From NCBI GenBank assembly GCA_040290255.1, contig PSMU01000002.1, positions 224,001 to 288,000 on the forward strand: 64,000 bases of DNA. Reading direction: 5' to 3'. Positions 38,320-46,199 of the stretch are shown here, piece after piece (position 1 is the stretch's first letter; each line of letters starts with the position of its first letter). This stretch comes from Nitrososphaerota archaeon (lineage in GTDB: Archaea; Thermoproteota; Nitrososphaeria; PSMU01). A program made the position numbers and the translations under genes. The notes beneath the pieces are model-generated. The model was given only the letters and a program-made list of their open reading frames with translations. It ran no database searches and was not told the origin of the DNA.

Positions 38320-39005
38320 CAGGGCAGGGATATAAGGGGGAAAATCTCATTTGCTATAAAGTTAACGTACTCCTCCAGCTCTATCCTGTTGAACACGACC
38401 ACGATCCCGTTCCGCGTGACGCCCACCACATAGCCGAATCTATTAGAGCGCACGACCGTATACCACAGCAGCCCGTGCTTCAGGTATTCGCCGAAGAGCG
38501 ACGTCTCCTTAAGCAGCGAGCCGTAGAGCGCCATTTTGCTTACGTTGGGCACGTCGAGGTCATCAAAGTAGACGACCTTGGTATCCTCGGCGTTCGTGTC
38601 ATGATAGGCCTTGAGGGCCTCGGGGGGTATTCGGGCCTCGACGATGGAGCCCACCTTAACAAAAAGGATCTTGCTCAGCAGGTTGGCGAGCATGTTCGCC
38701 CTAAACTTCTTTTCCAGGATGAGCAGCAGCACCCGGCCCCTATACTCGTGAAACGAAAAGAAGGCCTCCCTAGTCCTGAGGGCAGGCACGAGCGTGCCCC
38801 TCTGGTTCAGGAAGAGGACTGTGTCGCGTGAAAGCTTTCCCGAGAGCCTGTTGCCCGCCATGGAGAGGTCCTTGATCTCGGTGACCAGCGTAAGCTTTAC
38901 GTCGCCCGCCTCAAAGGGCTCCTCCAGCCTAAACCCCTGAAGGCGCGCTGCTATGTCCGTCAGCGAAGCCTGCTCCGGCACGACGAACAGCTTGCCCGTG
39001 AGCAT
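38319..39005 (-). CDS. Hypothetical alpha/beta protein
   Basis: 228 aa globular-looking ORF with TGATG coupling to the phosphoesterase gene. No family recognised. Confidence 0.75.
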   Translation of the reverse strand: MLTGKLFVVPEQASLTDIAARLQGFRLEEPFEAGDVKLTLVTEIKDLSMAGNRLSGKLSRDTVLFLNQRGTLVPALRTREAFFSFHEYRGRVLLLILEKKFRANMLANLLSKILFVKVGSIVEARIPPEALKAYHDTNAEDTKVVYFDDLDVPNVSKMALYGSLLKETSLFGEYLKHGLLWYTVVRSNRFGYVVGVTRNGIVVVFNRIELEEYVNFIANEIFPLISLP

Positions 39006-39047
39006 GGGCTGGCTGAAGGGGCACCTTAGATAACCTTTGCCGAGCGC

Positions 39048-39055
39048 TTTTTAAG
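39048..39055 (+). promoter_or_regulatory. TATA box of SMC operon
   Basis: TTTTTAAG about 26 nt upstream of ATG 39081. Confidence 0.55.
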
Positions 39056-39080
39056 CGGCATGGCCGCGCACCTGAGGCCC

Positions 39081-41051
39081 ATGGGCGAGGCACCAAGGCC
39101 CCATCCTTACCTCAGGGAGGTGATACTGGAGAATTTCATGAGCTATGAATATGCCAGGATTCCGCTGAGGCCGGGCCTCAATATAATCTGCGGGCCCAAC
39201 GGTGCGGGTAAGAGCAGCGTGCTCGTGGGCATCTCCGTAGCGCTGGGCCAGACGAGCACGGAGAGGTCCAAGAAGTTGGCCGAGCTTGTCCGCTGGGGCA
39301 AGGAGGTGGCCAGGGTCAGCCTCGTCTTTGATAACAGGCCGATAGACGGCAGGCGCCCGATACCGCTGGGCAAGGGAGACGTGTTCATGCTCTCGAGGTA
39401 CATCAGGAAAGATGGCTCGTACTGGTTCGAGGTGGACTTTCGGGAGGTGAGCAAGCAGGAAGTCGTAGCAGCGCTAAGGACCATGGGCATCAACCCCGAT
39501 AACCTGATCCTCATCATGCACCAGGGCATGGTCGAGGAATTCTCGCTTCTTACGCCGCCTCAGAGGCTTGCCCTTGTGGAGGAGGCGGTGGGGCTGGGCA
39601 GATATAGGACCTCGCTGCTCGAGGCCAAGGCAAAGCTGCAGCAGACGGTGAGTGAGGAGGAGGAGGTGGCAAAGCTGTTGAGGGAGGCCGACGAGGCCCT
39701 TCGCCACTGGGAGCAGGTGTATGCCAGGTGGAAGGAGAAGCGGGAGCTCGAGCAGAGGGCCCAGGGCCTGCAGGCGGAGCTGCTCTGGGCCAGGGCCGAG
39801 GCCGAGCGCAGGAGGCTGAACCATCTCAGCGAAAGGCTGGAGCTGAGGGTGAAGAGGAGGGCCGAGCTGATGAAGAGGCTGGAGGCCCTGCTCGAGGAGC
39901 TGAAGGCGCTCCAGGGCAAATGGGAGAAGGCAAGGGCCCTAGAGGGGGAGGCGGTGCTAAGGCTGGTCCGCACGGCCGAGGCCTTGGCCGAGGCCAGGGC
40001 CAGGACGAGCCTGACGCCCAGGCTTTTGGGCCCCGCGGGCGAGTTGCTGGCCCTACTGGAGAGGACGATGAGCCAGGAGGCCCTGCCGCTGAAGGCAAGG
40101 GAGCTGGAGGAGGCCCTGAACCGCGTCAGGAAGGAGAGCGACGAGGAGGCGCTAAGGCAGGATGAGCTGGCGCGCGCCCTGGCCGCGGCCGAGGACGAGC
40201 TGGCAAAGACCCGGAGGGAAATTGAGGCGCTGATGGAGAGCCTAATAGGCCAGCGTGTCGAGGAGGGCGTGCTAAGGGCAAGGGTACAAGAGCTCACGAA
40301 ACACATCGAGGCGCTGGAGAGGAGGGGCGGCGAGCTGAAGGGCAGAGTCGAGGCCCTGGAGGCGGAGGCCCGAGCAAAGGGCGAAAGGCCCTCACAGATC
40401 AGGACGCCGCAGGAGGTGTTGGGCGAGCTGAAGGGGATCGAAGGACGCCTGCTCGCCTATAGGGACCTTCCACAGGACGTGGAGCAGCTGTACACCAAGT
40501 ACAAGGAGAGCCATAGCGAGCTGACGCTGAAGCTGCAGCGCATCTCCGAGGCCAAGAAGAAGGCGCTGGAGGAGTATGAGAGGAGGAAAAGGGCCTGGAA
40601 GGAATCGCTTAGGGAGCTGCTGGAGAGGGTGAGCAGGAGGTACTCGGAGCTCTTGGCCCTCGTCGACGGCGTGGGGGAGGTGAGGCTCACCGAGGGCCAG
40701 GAGCTGGAGGAGATGGGCCTGGAGGTGCTCGTGGGCTTCAGGGGCCAGGAGCCCAGGGTGCTCAATTACTTGACTCAGAGCGGCGGTGAAAGGAGCGTGG
40801 CGACCGTGCTCTTTCTTCTCTCGCTTCAGGATATGATAGTCTCGCCCCTCAGGGCCATGGACGAGTTCGACGTCCACATGGACACGGTGAACAGGGAGCT
40901 GCTCTTCAAGGCCATCCTCACAAGGGCCAGGGAGGTGGGGGGGCAGTGGCTCGTTATCACGCCGGGGCAAATCCTGCTCGAAGACCCCAACGTGCACGTC
41001 ATCTTCGTCCAGAGCTCCAGGAGCGGAGCGGTGCCCAGGATAGTGGCTTGA
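39081..41051 (+). CDS. Short SMC-family ATPase (SMC5/6-like heads; ClsN/archaeal SMC-related type)
   Basis: LENFMSY, Walker A GPNGAGKSS, Q-loop MHQG, long coiled coil, signature QSGGERS, Walker B/D-loop RAMDEFDVHMD, ITP. Alternative ATG at 39060. Confidence 0.88.
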   Translation: MGEAPRPHPYLREVILENFMSYEYARIPLRPGLNIICGPNGAGKSSVLVGISVALGQTSTERSKKLAELVRWGKEVARVSLVFDNRPIDGRRPIPLGKGDVFMLSRYIRKDGSYWFEVDFREVSKQEVVAALRTMGINPDNLILIMHQGMVEEFSLLTPPQRLALVEEAVGLGRYRTSLLEAKAKLQQTVSEEEEVAKLLREADEALRHWEQVYARWKEKRELEQRAQGLQAELLWARAEAERRRLNHLSERLELRVKRRAELMKRLEALLEELKALQGKWEKARALEGEAVLRLVRTAEALAEARARTSLTPRLLGPAGELLALLERTMSQEALPLKARELEEALNRVRKESDEEALRQDELARALAAAEDELAKTRREIEALMESLIGQRVEEGVLRARVQELTKHIEALERRGGELKGRVEALEAEARAKGERPSQIRTPQEVLGELKGIEGRLLAYRDLPQDVEQLYTKYKESHSELTLKLQRISEAKKKALEEYERRKRAWKESLRELLERVSRRYSELLALVDGVGEVRLTEGQELEEMGLEVLVGFRGQEPRVLNYLTQSGGERSVATVLFLLSLQDMIVSPLRAMDEFDVHMDTVNRELLFKAILTRAREVGGQWLVITPGQILLEDPNVHVIFVQSSRSGAVPRIVA

Positions 41052-41791
41052 AGGAAGGACTGGCCCGGCTGGAGGAGCTTCGCGAGAAATGCGAGGCGAT
41101 CCTGAGGGGGGAGGGCGATGCCTTCGCCCTGGACGTCTCCGAGGCGCTCGATGCGCTGGCGGCGCTCTTTTCGAGGTGGAGGAGGGCGGAGGAGATGCAG
41201 GCCGATGCACATGTCTTCGCGCTGCTGGCCGAGGTGCTCTGCCTGCAATCCAGGAGGGCCGTGGAGCAAGCCGCGCTGCTCGCGGTGGACCCCTCCCTTA
41301 TCGCCCAGAAGGTCGCCTCCTCCTCCCCGGCCCAGCTGGCCAGCTGCCTGGTCGTGAGCTGGAGAAGGCTCGCCGTCATCGAGCAGCTCGGGCCTGAACG
41401 GCTTAGGGAGGCGATAGAATACTATCTGAGCCTGGCGCCGCTCAGGGCGAGAAGCCTGAGGCTCGGCAGGCCAAGGACCTTTGTGCCCGAAAGGCTCTCC
41501 CGGCAGGAGATGGCGGAGCTAAGGCAGCTGCAGGAGGTTGAGCTGGAGCAGGAGCTAAAGAAGCTGGAGGACGAGCTGGAGGAGAAGGGCGAGGCAGATT
41601 ACTATTCCTTTGTCTATGCAAAGGGCGAGGAGCTGGCCGCCTTTAGGGCCCTTCTTGTGGCCCACCTGGTGAGCAGGGGCAGGGCTGCCCTGGACGTGAA
41701 CCCGCTGGAGGGTAAGCTGACGCTTAGGCGCCTGAACCCGGGCGAGCCCTTGGGCGTGCCTCGGTCCGTGGCGGTTCCCCTTAGAAGGTGA
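41048..41791 (+). CDS. Kleisin (ScpA-like)
   Basis: TTGA overlap with the SMC stop. N-terminal DAFALDV..A...L...D......LAEVL.LQS helices and C-terminal winged helix RALLVAHLVSRGRAALDVNPLEGKLTL. Confidence 0.65.
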   Translation: MKEGLARLEELREKCEAILRGEGDAFALDVSEALDALAALFSRWRRAEEMQADAHVFALLAEVLCLQSRRAVEQAALLAVDPSLIAQKVASSSPAQLASCLVVSWRRLAVIEQLGPERLREAIEYYLSLAPLRARSLRLGRPRTFVPERLSRQEMAELRQLQEVELEQELKKLEDELEEKGEADYYSFVYAKGEELAAFRALLVAHLVSRGRAALDVNPLEGKLTLRRLNPGEPLGVPRSVAVPLRR

Positions 41792-41792
41792 C

Positions 41793-42329
41793 ATGGGCGA
41801 GCGGCCAAGCAGCGAGGAGGTGCTGGGGCCCAAGGTGAGGAGAGCTCTTCAGCTGCTCCTGGCGCAGAGGGGGCTCCTGCCGGGCGCCAAGGCCTGGGAG
41901 CTCAAGAAGGTGGCGGGGGCGGACATGCCCGCCGTCCTAGAGGCGGTGAGCAGCTACGCGCAGCAGCTCGGCCTCGAGCTAAGGCGGGTGGGCGATGGAG
42001 AGGAGGCCAGATACTTTTTGGTCTTCAGGGAGCAACCGCCCTTCGGCGTGAGCTTGGGCATGAGGGTGGACGACCTGGCGATGCTGGCCGCCAGCCTCGC
42101 CTACATACATGCCCGCGGCGGTTCGGCCGGCAGGGGGGAGATAGAGGGCCTGCTAAAGGATAAGTTCGCCGCCTGGCGAATTAGGATGGCCCTCGCCCGC
42201 TTCGTGAGGCTAGGCTACCTAGAGGAGCAGGAGGGCGTCCTGCGGCTGGGCTGGAGGGCAAGGGCGGAAGTGGACTTAACCCTGCTCTCCCAGCTCATGG
42301 CCGCCCTCAGGCCTGAGGGCGGGGCCTAG
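41793..42329 (+). CDS. KITE-type tandem winged-helix protein (Nse1/Nse3/ScpB-like)
   Basis: WH-A ...LGLELRRV....YFLV and WH-B LA.L...I..RGG....L..FV.LGYL......LGWRA.AE. Starts 1 nt after the kleisin stop. Confidence 0.65.
   Translation: MGERPSSEEVLGPKVRRALQLLLAQRGLLPGAKAWELKKVAGADMPAVLEAVSSYAQQLGLELRRVGDGEEARYFLVFREQPPFGVSLGMRVDDLAMLAASLAYIHARGGSAGRGEIEGLLKDKFAAWRIRMALARFVRLGYLEEQEGVLRLGWRARAEVDLTLLSQLMAALRPEGGA
42301..42322. repeat. Perfect 22-bp palindrome
   Basis: CCGCCCTCAGGCCTGAGGGCGG equals its own reverse complement. Confidence 0.9.
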
Positions 42330-43171
42330 TTTCCCGAAAGCCGCTGCTTCTCGGCGAACCTGCTGGCGTTCACGCTGCCCCTTCGGTAGCCCTGCATATC
42401 CAGGGCCACATGCCTAAAGCCGAGCGCCTGCAGGGCCTCGGCCACCTTATCCAAGACGCGCTGGTCGAAGAAGAGCCTCCTCTCATTGGCGCCGACCTCC
42501 ACCCTGGCCACGTCGCCGTGCACGCGCACCCTGACCAGGCTTGCGCCCGTAATATGAGCCACGAGCTCCTCGGCCTTCTCCACGGTCCTGAGCGCCTCCA
42601 GCGTAAGGCCGGTCCAGTGAGGTATGCGCGTTGCCAGGCAGCTCTCCGCGGGCTTGGCGTGGTTGGGAAGGCCCAGGGCCTTGGCCAGCCGCCTGACCTC
42701 CTGCTTGTTAAAGCCCAGCTCCAGCAGCGGGCTCCTGATGCCCCTCTCCCTGAGCGCCCTGAGCCCGGGCCTGAAGTCCCTGAGGTCATCGATCTCGGTG
42801 CCGTCCACCACCACGTCCGCGCCCAGCTGCTTGGCCAGCTCCAGCAGCCTTTCCGCGAGCCCCCGCCGGCAGTAGTAGCAGCGAAGCGGCGTATTCGCGC
42901 TTATGAGCGGGGGCAGCTCGTCCTCATCGCCTATTACGATGTGCTTAAGGCCCAGTCGGCGCGCCACGGACTTCGCTACCTCCAGCTCCCTCCTGGCGAC
43001 GAGGGCCGAGGCCTGCGTAACGGCCACGGCGCGTTCGCCCAGCGCAAGCTTCGCGGCATACGCTACCAGCGTGCTGTCTACGCCGCCGGAGTAGGCCACC
43101 AGGGCCCCCTTAAAGGGGGAGAACCACTGGACCAGCTGGCGCAGCCTTTCCTCCGTGCCGGGCACGTTCAT
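42326..43171 (-). CDS. larE: LarE-family ATP-dependent sulfur transferase
   Basis: PP-loop AYSGGVDS, RCYYC, DGT..DD..D.RPG, SCLATRIP, VRVRVHG, GYRRGS. Confidence 0.9.
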   Translation of the reverse strand: MNVPGTEERLRQLVQWFSPFKGALVAYSGGVDSTLVAYAAKLALGERAVAVTQASALVARRELEVAKSVARRLGLKHIVIGDEDELPPLISANTPLRCYYCRRGLAERLLELAKQLGADVVVDGTEIDDLRDFRPGLRALRERGIRSPLLELGFNKQEVRRLAKALGLPNHAKPAESCLATRIPHWTGLTLEALRTVEKAEELVAHITGASLVRVRVHGDVARVEVGANERRLFFDQRVLDKVAEALQALGFRHVALDMQGYRRGSVNASRFAEKQRLSGN

Positions 43172-44214
43172 GTCGTGGCCTTCTTCCCCCCGCCTAAAAA
43201 GGAGGCGGTGAGCCGCCTCAGCGCCTCCGCCTCGAGCACCTGCCTGACCCTTTCGTAACCCTCGCCCGTCTCCTCACATAGGCTTACGATGTCCTCGTGC
43301 TCAGGCCTTATGCGCAGAAGCCTCCCGTGCTCATCATAGGCCACCTTAACCCTCACGCTCCTAACCCCCCAGGGCGTGGTCAGCCTCAGCTTTACCAGCT
43401 CCCTTGGCGCCTTAACCCATAGCGCAGTCTGCACCCTGGCGCCCAGCGTGAGGCCCTCCCTGAGAAGCAGATGGGCGAGCGTGGGGCCAAGCCCGGCGGG
43501 GGCGAGCACGCGTAGCGATGAGCCCAGCCGCCCCTTCTTGCCCACATAGGGGAAGACCTGGGCATCATAGGCGCCGCGCTTCAGCAGTCTGCTGGCTATA
43601 TGCGCGAGCTGCGCGGGGCTCACGTCATCCAGGCTCGACTCGACGACGTCCAGCTGCTCCGCGGGCGGCGCCTCCAGCTCTTCGGCCAGGGCGACGAGGA
43701 GGGAGCCCTCCCTTCCCCAGTCCTGGGCCTCATGATGCTTGACCAGGAGCGCGCCCGATGAGGATAGATAGGCCTTCGCCAGGAGCCCGAGCAGGATGAG
43801 CGCCTCAGGCTGGGGCGCGGGGAGATCCTCGCTCAGCCTGACGGGCATGCCCAGCCCCGCAGCGAGCCTTATGCAGGCGGGCTCGGGGGGGAGGGCGGGC
43901 GGCATTACATAGGTCCTTGAGGCCAGCAGCCCCGCCAGCGCGGAGCAGAAGGAGGCCAGCGCCAAGGCCCCCTCGCTCGGGCTGATGCCCTCCTTCTCGG
44001 CATGCCTCCTCAGCTCCAACGCGATGCCCCTCGGCCTTGTCAAGGGGCGCACCTCGGGCCCTTCCCGCAGGGAGGCAATTACCCCCCTCCTCCTTAGCTC
44101 AGGAAGCAGGCGGCGGTCCGTAAACCCTGACCTGCGCGCCAAGGCCAGCAGCGCCTTTGCCAGCGCATCGAGGGCGAGCCCGCGGCCCTGGGCCCTGATC
44201 AAAAGGCTCTGCAA
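43168..44214 (-). CDS. larC: LarC-like nickel insertion protein, divergent N-terminal half
   Basis: C-terminal ESSLDDVSP, GAYD, KKGR, TLGAR, VRVKV, PEHED. Confidence 0.7.
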   Translation of the reverse strand: MQSLLIRAQGRGLALDALAKALLALARRSGFTDRRLLPELRRRGVIASLREGPEVRPLTRPRGIALELRRHAEKEGISPSEGALALASFCSALAGLLASRTYVMPPALPPEPACIRLAAGLGMPVRLSEDLPAPQPEALILLGLLAKAYLSSSGALLVKHHEAQDWGREGSLLVALAEELEAPPAEQLDVVESSLDDVSPAQLAHIASRLLKRGAYDAQVFPYVGKKGRLGSSLRVLAPAGLGPTLAHLLLREGLTLGARVQTALWVKAPRELVKLRLTTPWGVRSVRVKVAYDEHGRLLRIRPEHEDIVSLCEETGEGYERVRQVLEAEALRRLTASFLGGGKKATT

Positions 44215-44236
44215 GCCCCTTCAAGACGGGGCCTTT

Positions 44237-44247
44237 GCTTTAAAAGC
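44237..44247. promoter_or_regulatory. Putative bidirectional TATA box (larC/larB)
   Basis: Near-palindromic GCTTTAAAAGC centred between starts at 44214 (-) and 44266 (+). Confidence 0.55.
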
Positions 44248-44265
44248 GCTCTCCCATGAAGGGCC

Positions 44266-45042
44266 GTGCAGCTCAGGGATCTGCTAGAGGCTGTGGCCAG
44301 GGGCATGATGAGCCCGGAGGAGGCGGAGAGGAGGATTAGGCTCTGGGCCATTGAAGAGATCGAGGGGCGCCTCAAGCTCGACATAGGCAGGGGGCTTAGG
44401 AGGGGGGTCCCCGAGGTCATCTTGGGCGAGGGGAAGGAAAGGCAGGAGATCCTGGGCGCGGTGATAAAGCTGCTCGAGGCCTCTCAGCCCGCCTTAGTTT
44501 CGCGCCTGGAGGCGCAGAGGGGCGAGGAGCTCCTCGGGCTAATACGGGAGCTCGGCTACGATGCGGACTATAGCGCGCAGGCAGGGCTGCTGAGGGCACG
44601 CCCGAAGCGCTCGGCCCCCAGCGCGCCGCACGGGAGGGTGGGCATCCTTACGGCGGGGACCGCCGATAGGGGCGTGGCGCTGGAGGCGAAGCTCACGGCC
44701 GAGGAGATGGGCTGTCAAGTCGAGCTGGTCGAGGACGTGGGCATCGCGGGCCTGCAGCGCACGCTGCAGGGAGTAAAGAGGCTGCTGGAGCAGGACGTGG
44801 ACATCATCATCGCCGTGGCCGGGATGGAGGGCGCGCTGCCCTCGGTGGTGGCCTCGCTCTCACCCGTGCCCGTGGTGGCCCTGCCCTCCTCCAGGGGGTA
44901 CGGATATGGAGGAGGGGGCAGGGCCGCACTGCTGTCGGCGCTTCAGGCCTGTCCCCTGGGGCTGGCCTGCGTGAATATAGATGCGGGCGTCGGGGCCGGC
45001 ATCTTCGCCGCCCTCGTGGCCCAGCGCGCTAGGAGAAGGTGA
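44266..45042 (+). CDS. larB: Nickel pincer cofactor biosynthesis protein LarB
   Basis: D..R..R.G.PEVI.GEGK, AGTAD, DVGIAGL, AGMEGALPSVV, PSSRGYG, VNID.G.GA. Confidence 0.9.
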   Translation: MQLRDLLEAVARGMMSPEEAERRIRLWAIEEIEGRLKLDIGRGLRRGVPEVILGEGKERQEILGAVIKLLEASQPALVSRLEAQRGEELLGLIRELGYDADYSAQAGLLRARPKRSAPSAPHGRVGILTAGTADRGVALEAKLTAEEMGCQVELVEDVGIAGLQRTLQGVKRLLEQDVDIIIAVAGMEGALPSVVASLSPVPVVALPSSRGYGYGGGGRAALLSALQACPLGLACVNIDAGVGAGIFAALVAQRARRR

Positions 45043-46198
45043 AGCCTATATGATCGTGCTCGGCGGCCAGCTTCTCCACACGTGGCCTTACCTCCTCTGG
45101 GTCGCGGCCCTTGGCCACCTCCGCTATCAGCTCGGCGAGGAGCTCCATCTCGCCCTGGCCCATGCCGCGCCTCGTCACCTCACATACGCCGAGCCTGATC
45201 CCCCTGTCCACGATGATCGAGGCACGCTCCAGCCTCTCCGGCAGCTGGGGGCGGGCGTCGCGTAGCAGGACCTGATGTGAATAAGTATAGGAGCCCAGCG
45301 TGCGCTTGACGGCTATGCCCAGCTCATCGAGGGCCTTGGCCAGGGCGTTGGCGTTCCTGACGACCCTTTGCGCGTACTCCCTGGCGAAGGCCCGGGCCTC
45401 GAGCAGCGCGTATGTTAGCGCGGCTATCCTGTTCCAGTGCGCGTTATCCACCAGCGAGGGATACAGCGCTGCTCTGACACGGGCGGCCACGTCCTCGTTG
45501 GAGAAGAGCAGCAGCCCTCCCTGGGGCCCCCAGAAGCTCTTGTGGGTGGAGCCGTAGAGCACCAGCGCGCCCTCCTTCAGGGGTTCCTGAAAGGCATGGC
45601 CGGCCATCAGCCCCAGCACATGGGAGCCGTCATAGACCAAGGGCCTGCCCAGCGTGGCCAGCTTTCCCACGGGGTGAGGGTATATTATGAAGCTGGCCCC
45701 TAAGATGAGGAGGTCGGCATCGGCCTTCGCCAGCAGCTCCAGGGCCTCCTCGGCCCTAATGGCCATCACCTGCTCGTCGAAGGGATAGTAGAGCGTCCTT
45801 ATGCCCAACAGGCCCGCGAGCCCTAGGTGGGAGAGGCCGGGGTAACCGCCCTGCTCGGGCGAAACCATGGCGGCCAGGCCGCCGGGCCTGACGAAGCTCA
45901 GAAGCACGCTCATGGCCGCCACATGCCCCGATATGGGCCTCAGGTCCGCGTCCTCGGCGCCGAAGAGCTCGGCGGCCACCCGCCTCCCTAGGCGCTCTAC
46001 CTCGTCCGTATAACGGGTACCCATGTAGAAACCATCGGGCGCCGTGTACCTGTGCCCGAAGTCAGAAGAGAGCAGTCCCCTGACGGCCGGGCTCGTGACG
46101 TTTTCCGAGGGGATCAGGTTGATGCACCTCTTCCCCCTCCATTCCTCATGCGCGCGGACCAGCGCCAGCAGCTCCGTTACGAGCGCCGGTTCGCCCAT
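45029..46198 (-). CDS. glyA: Serine hydroxymethyltransferase
   Basis: INLIPSEN, YDGSHVLGL, PLP lysine STHKSFWGPQGG, GIRLG..EVTRRGM. Confidence 0.9.
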   Translation of the reverse strand: MGEPALVTELLALVRAHEEWRGKRCINLIPSENVTSPAVRGLLSSDFGHRYTAPDGFYMGTRYTDEVERLGRRVAAELFGAEDADLRPISGHVAAMSVLLSFVRPGGLAAMVSPEQGGYPGLSHLGLAGLLGIRTLYYPFDEQVMAIRAEEALELLAKADADLLILGASFIIYPHPVGKLATLGRPLVYDGSHVLGLMAGHAFQEPLKEGALVLYGSTHKSFWGPQGGLLLFSNEDVAARVRAALYPSLVDNAHWNRIAALTYALLEARAFAREYAQRVVRNANALAKALDELGIAVKRTLGSYTYSHQVLLRDARPQLPERLERASIIVDRGIRLGVCEVTRRGMGQGEMELLAELIAEVAKGRDPEEVRPRVEKLAAEHDHIGFTFS

Positions 46199-46199
46199 G

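Noticed and set aside
37483-41051. Calling the SMC and metallophosphoesterase Rad50/Mre11
   Set aside because: There is no CxxC zinc hook, the head motifs are SMC5/6-like, kleisin- and KITE-like genes follow, and the phosphoesterase is the short COG1407 type on the opposite strand.
43168-44214. Programmed frameshift in larC as known from some lactobacilli
   Set aside because: The ORF is continuous and no frameshift is required.
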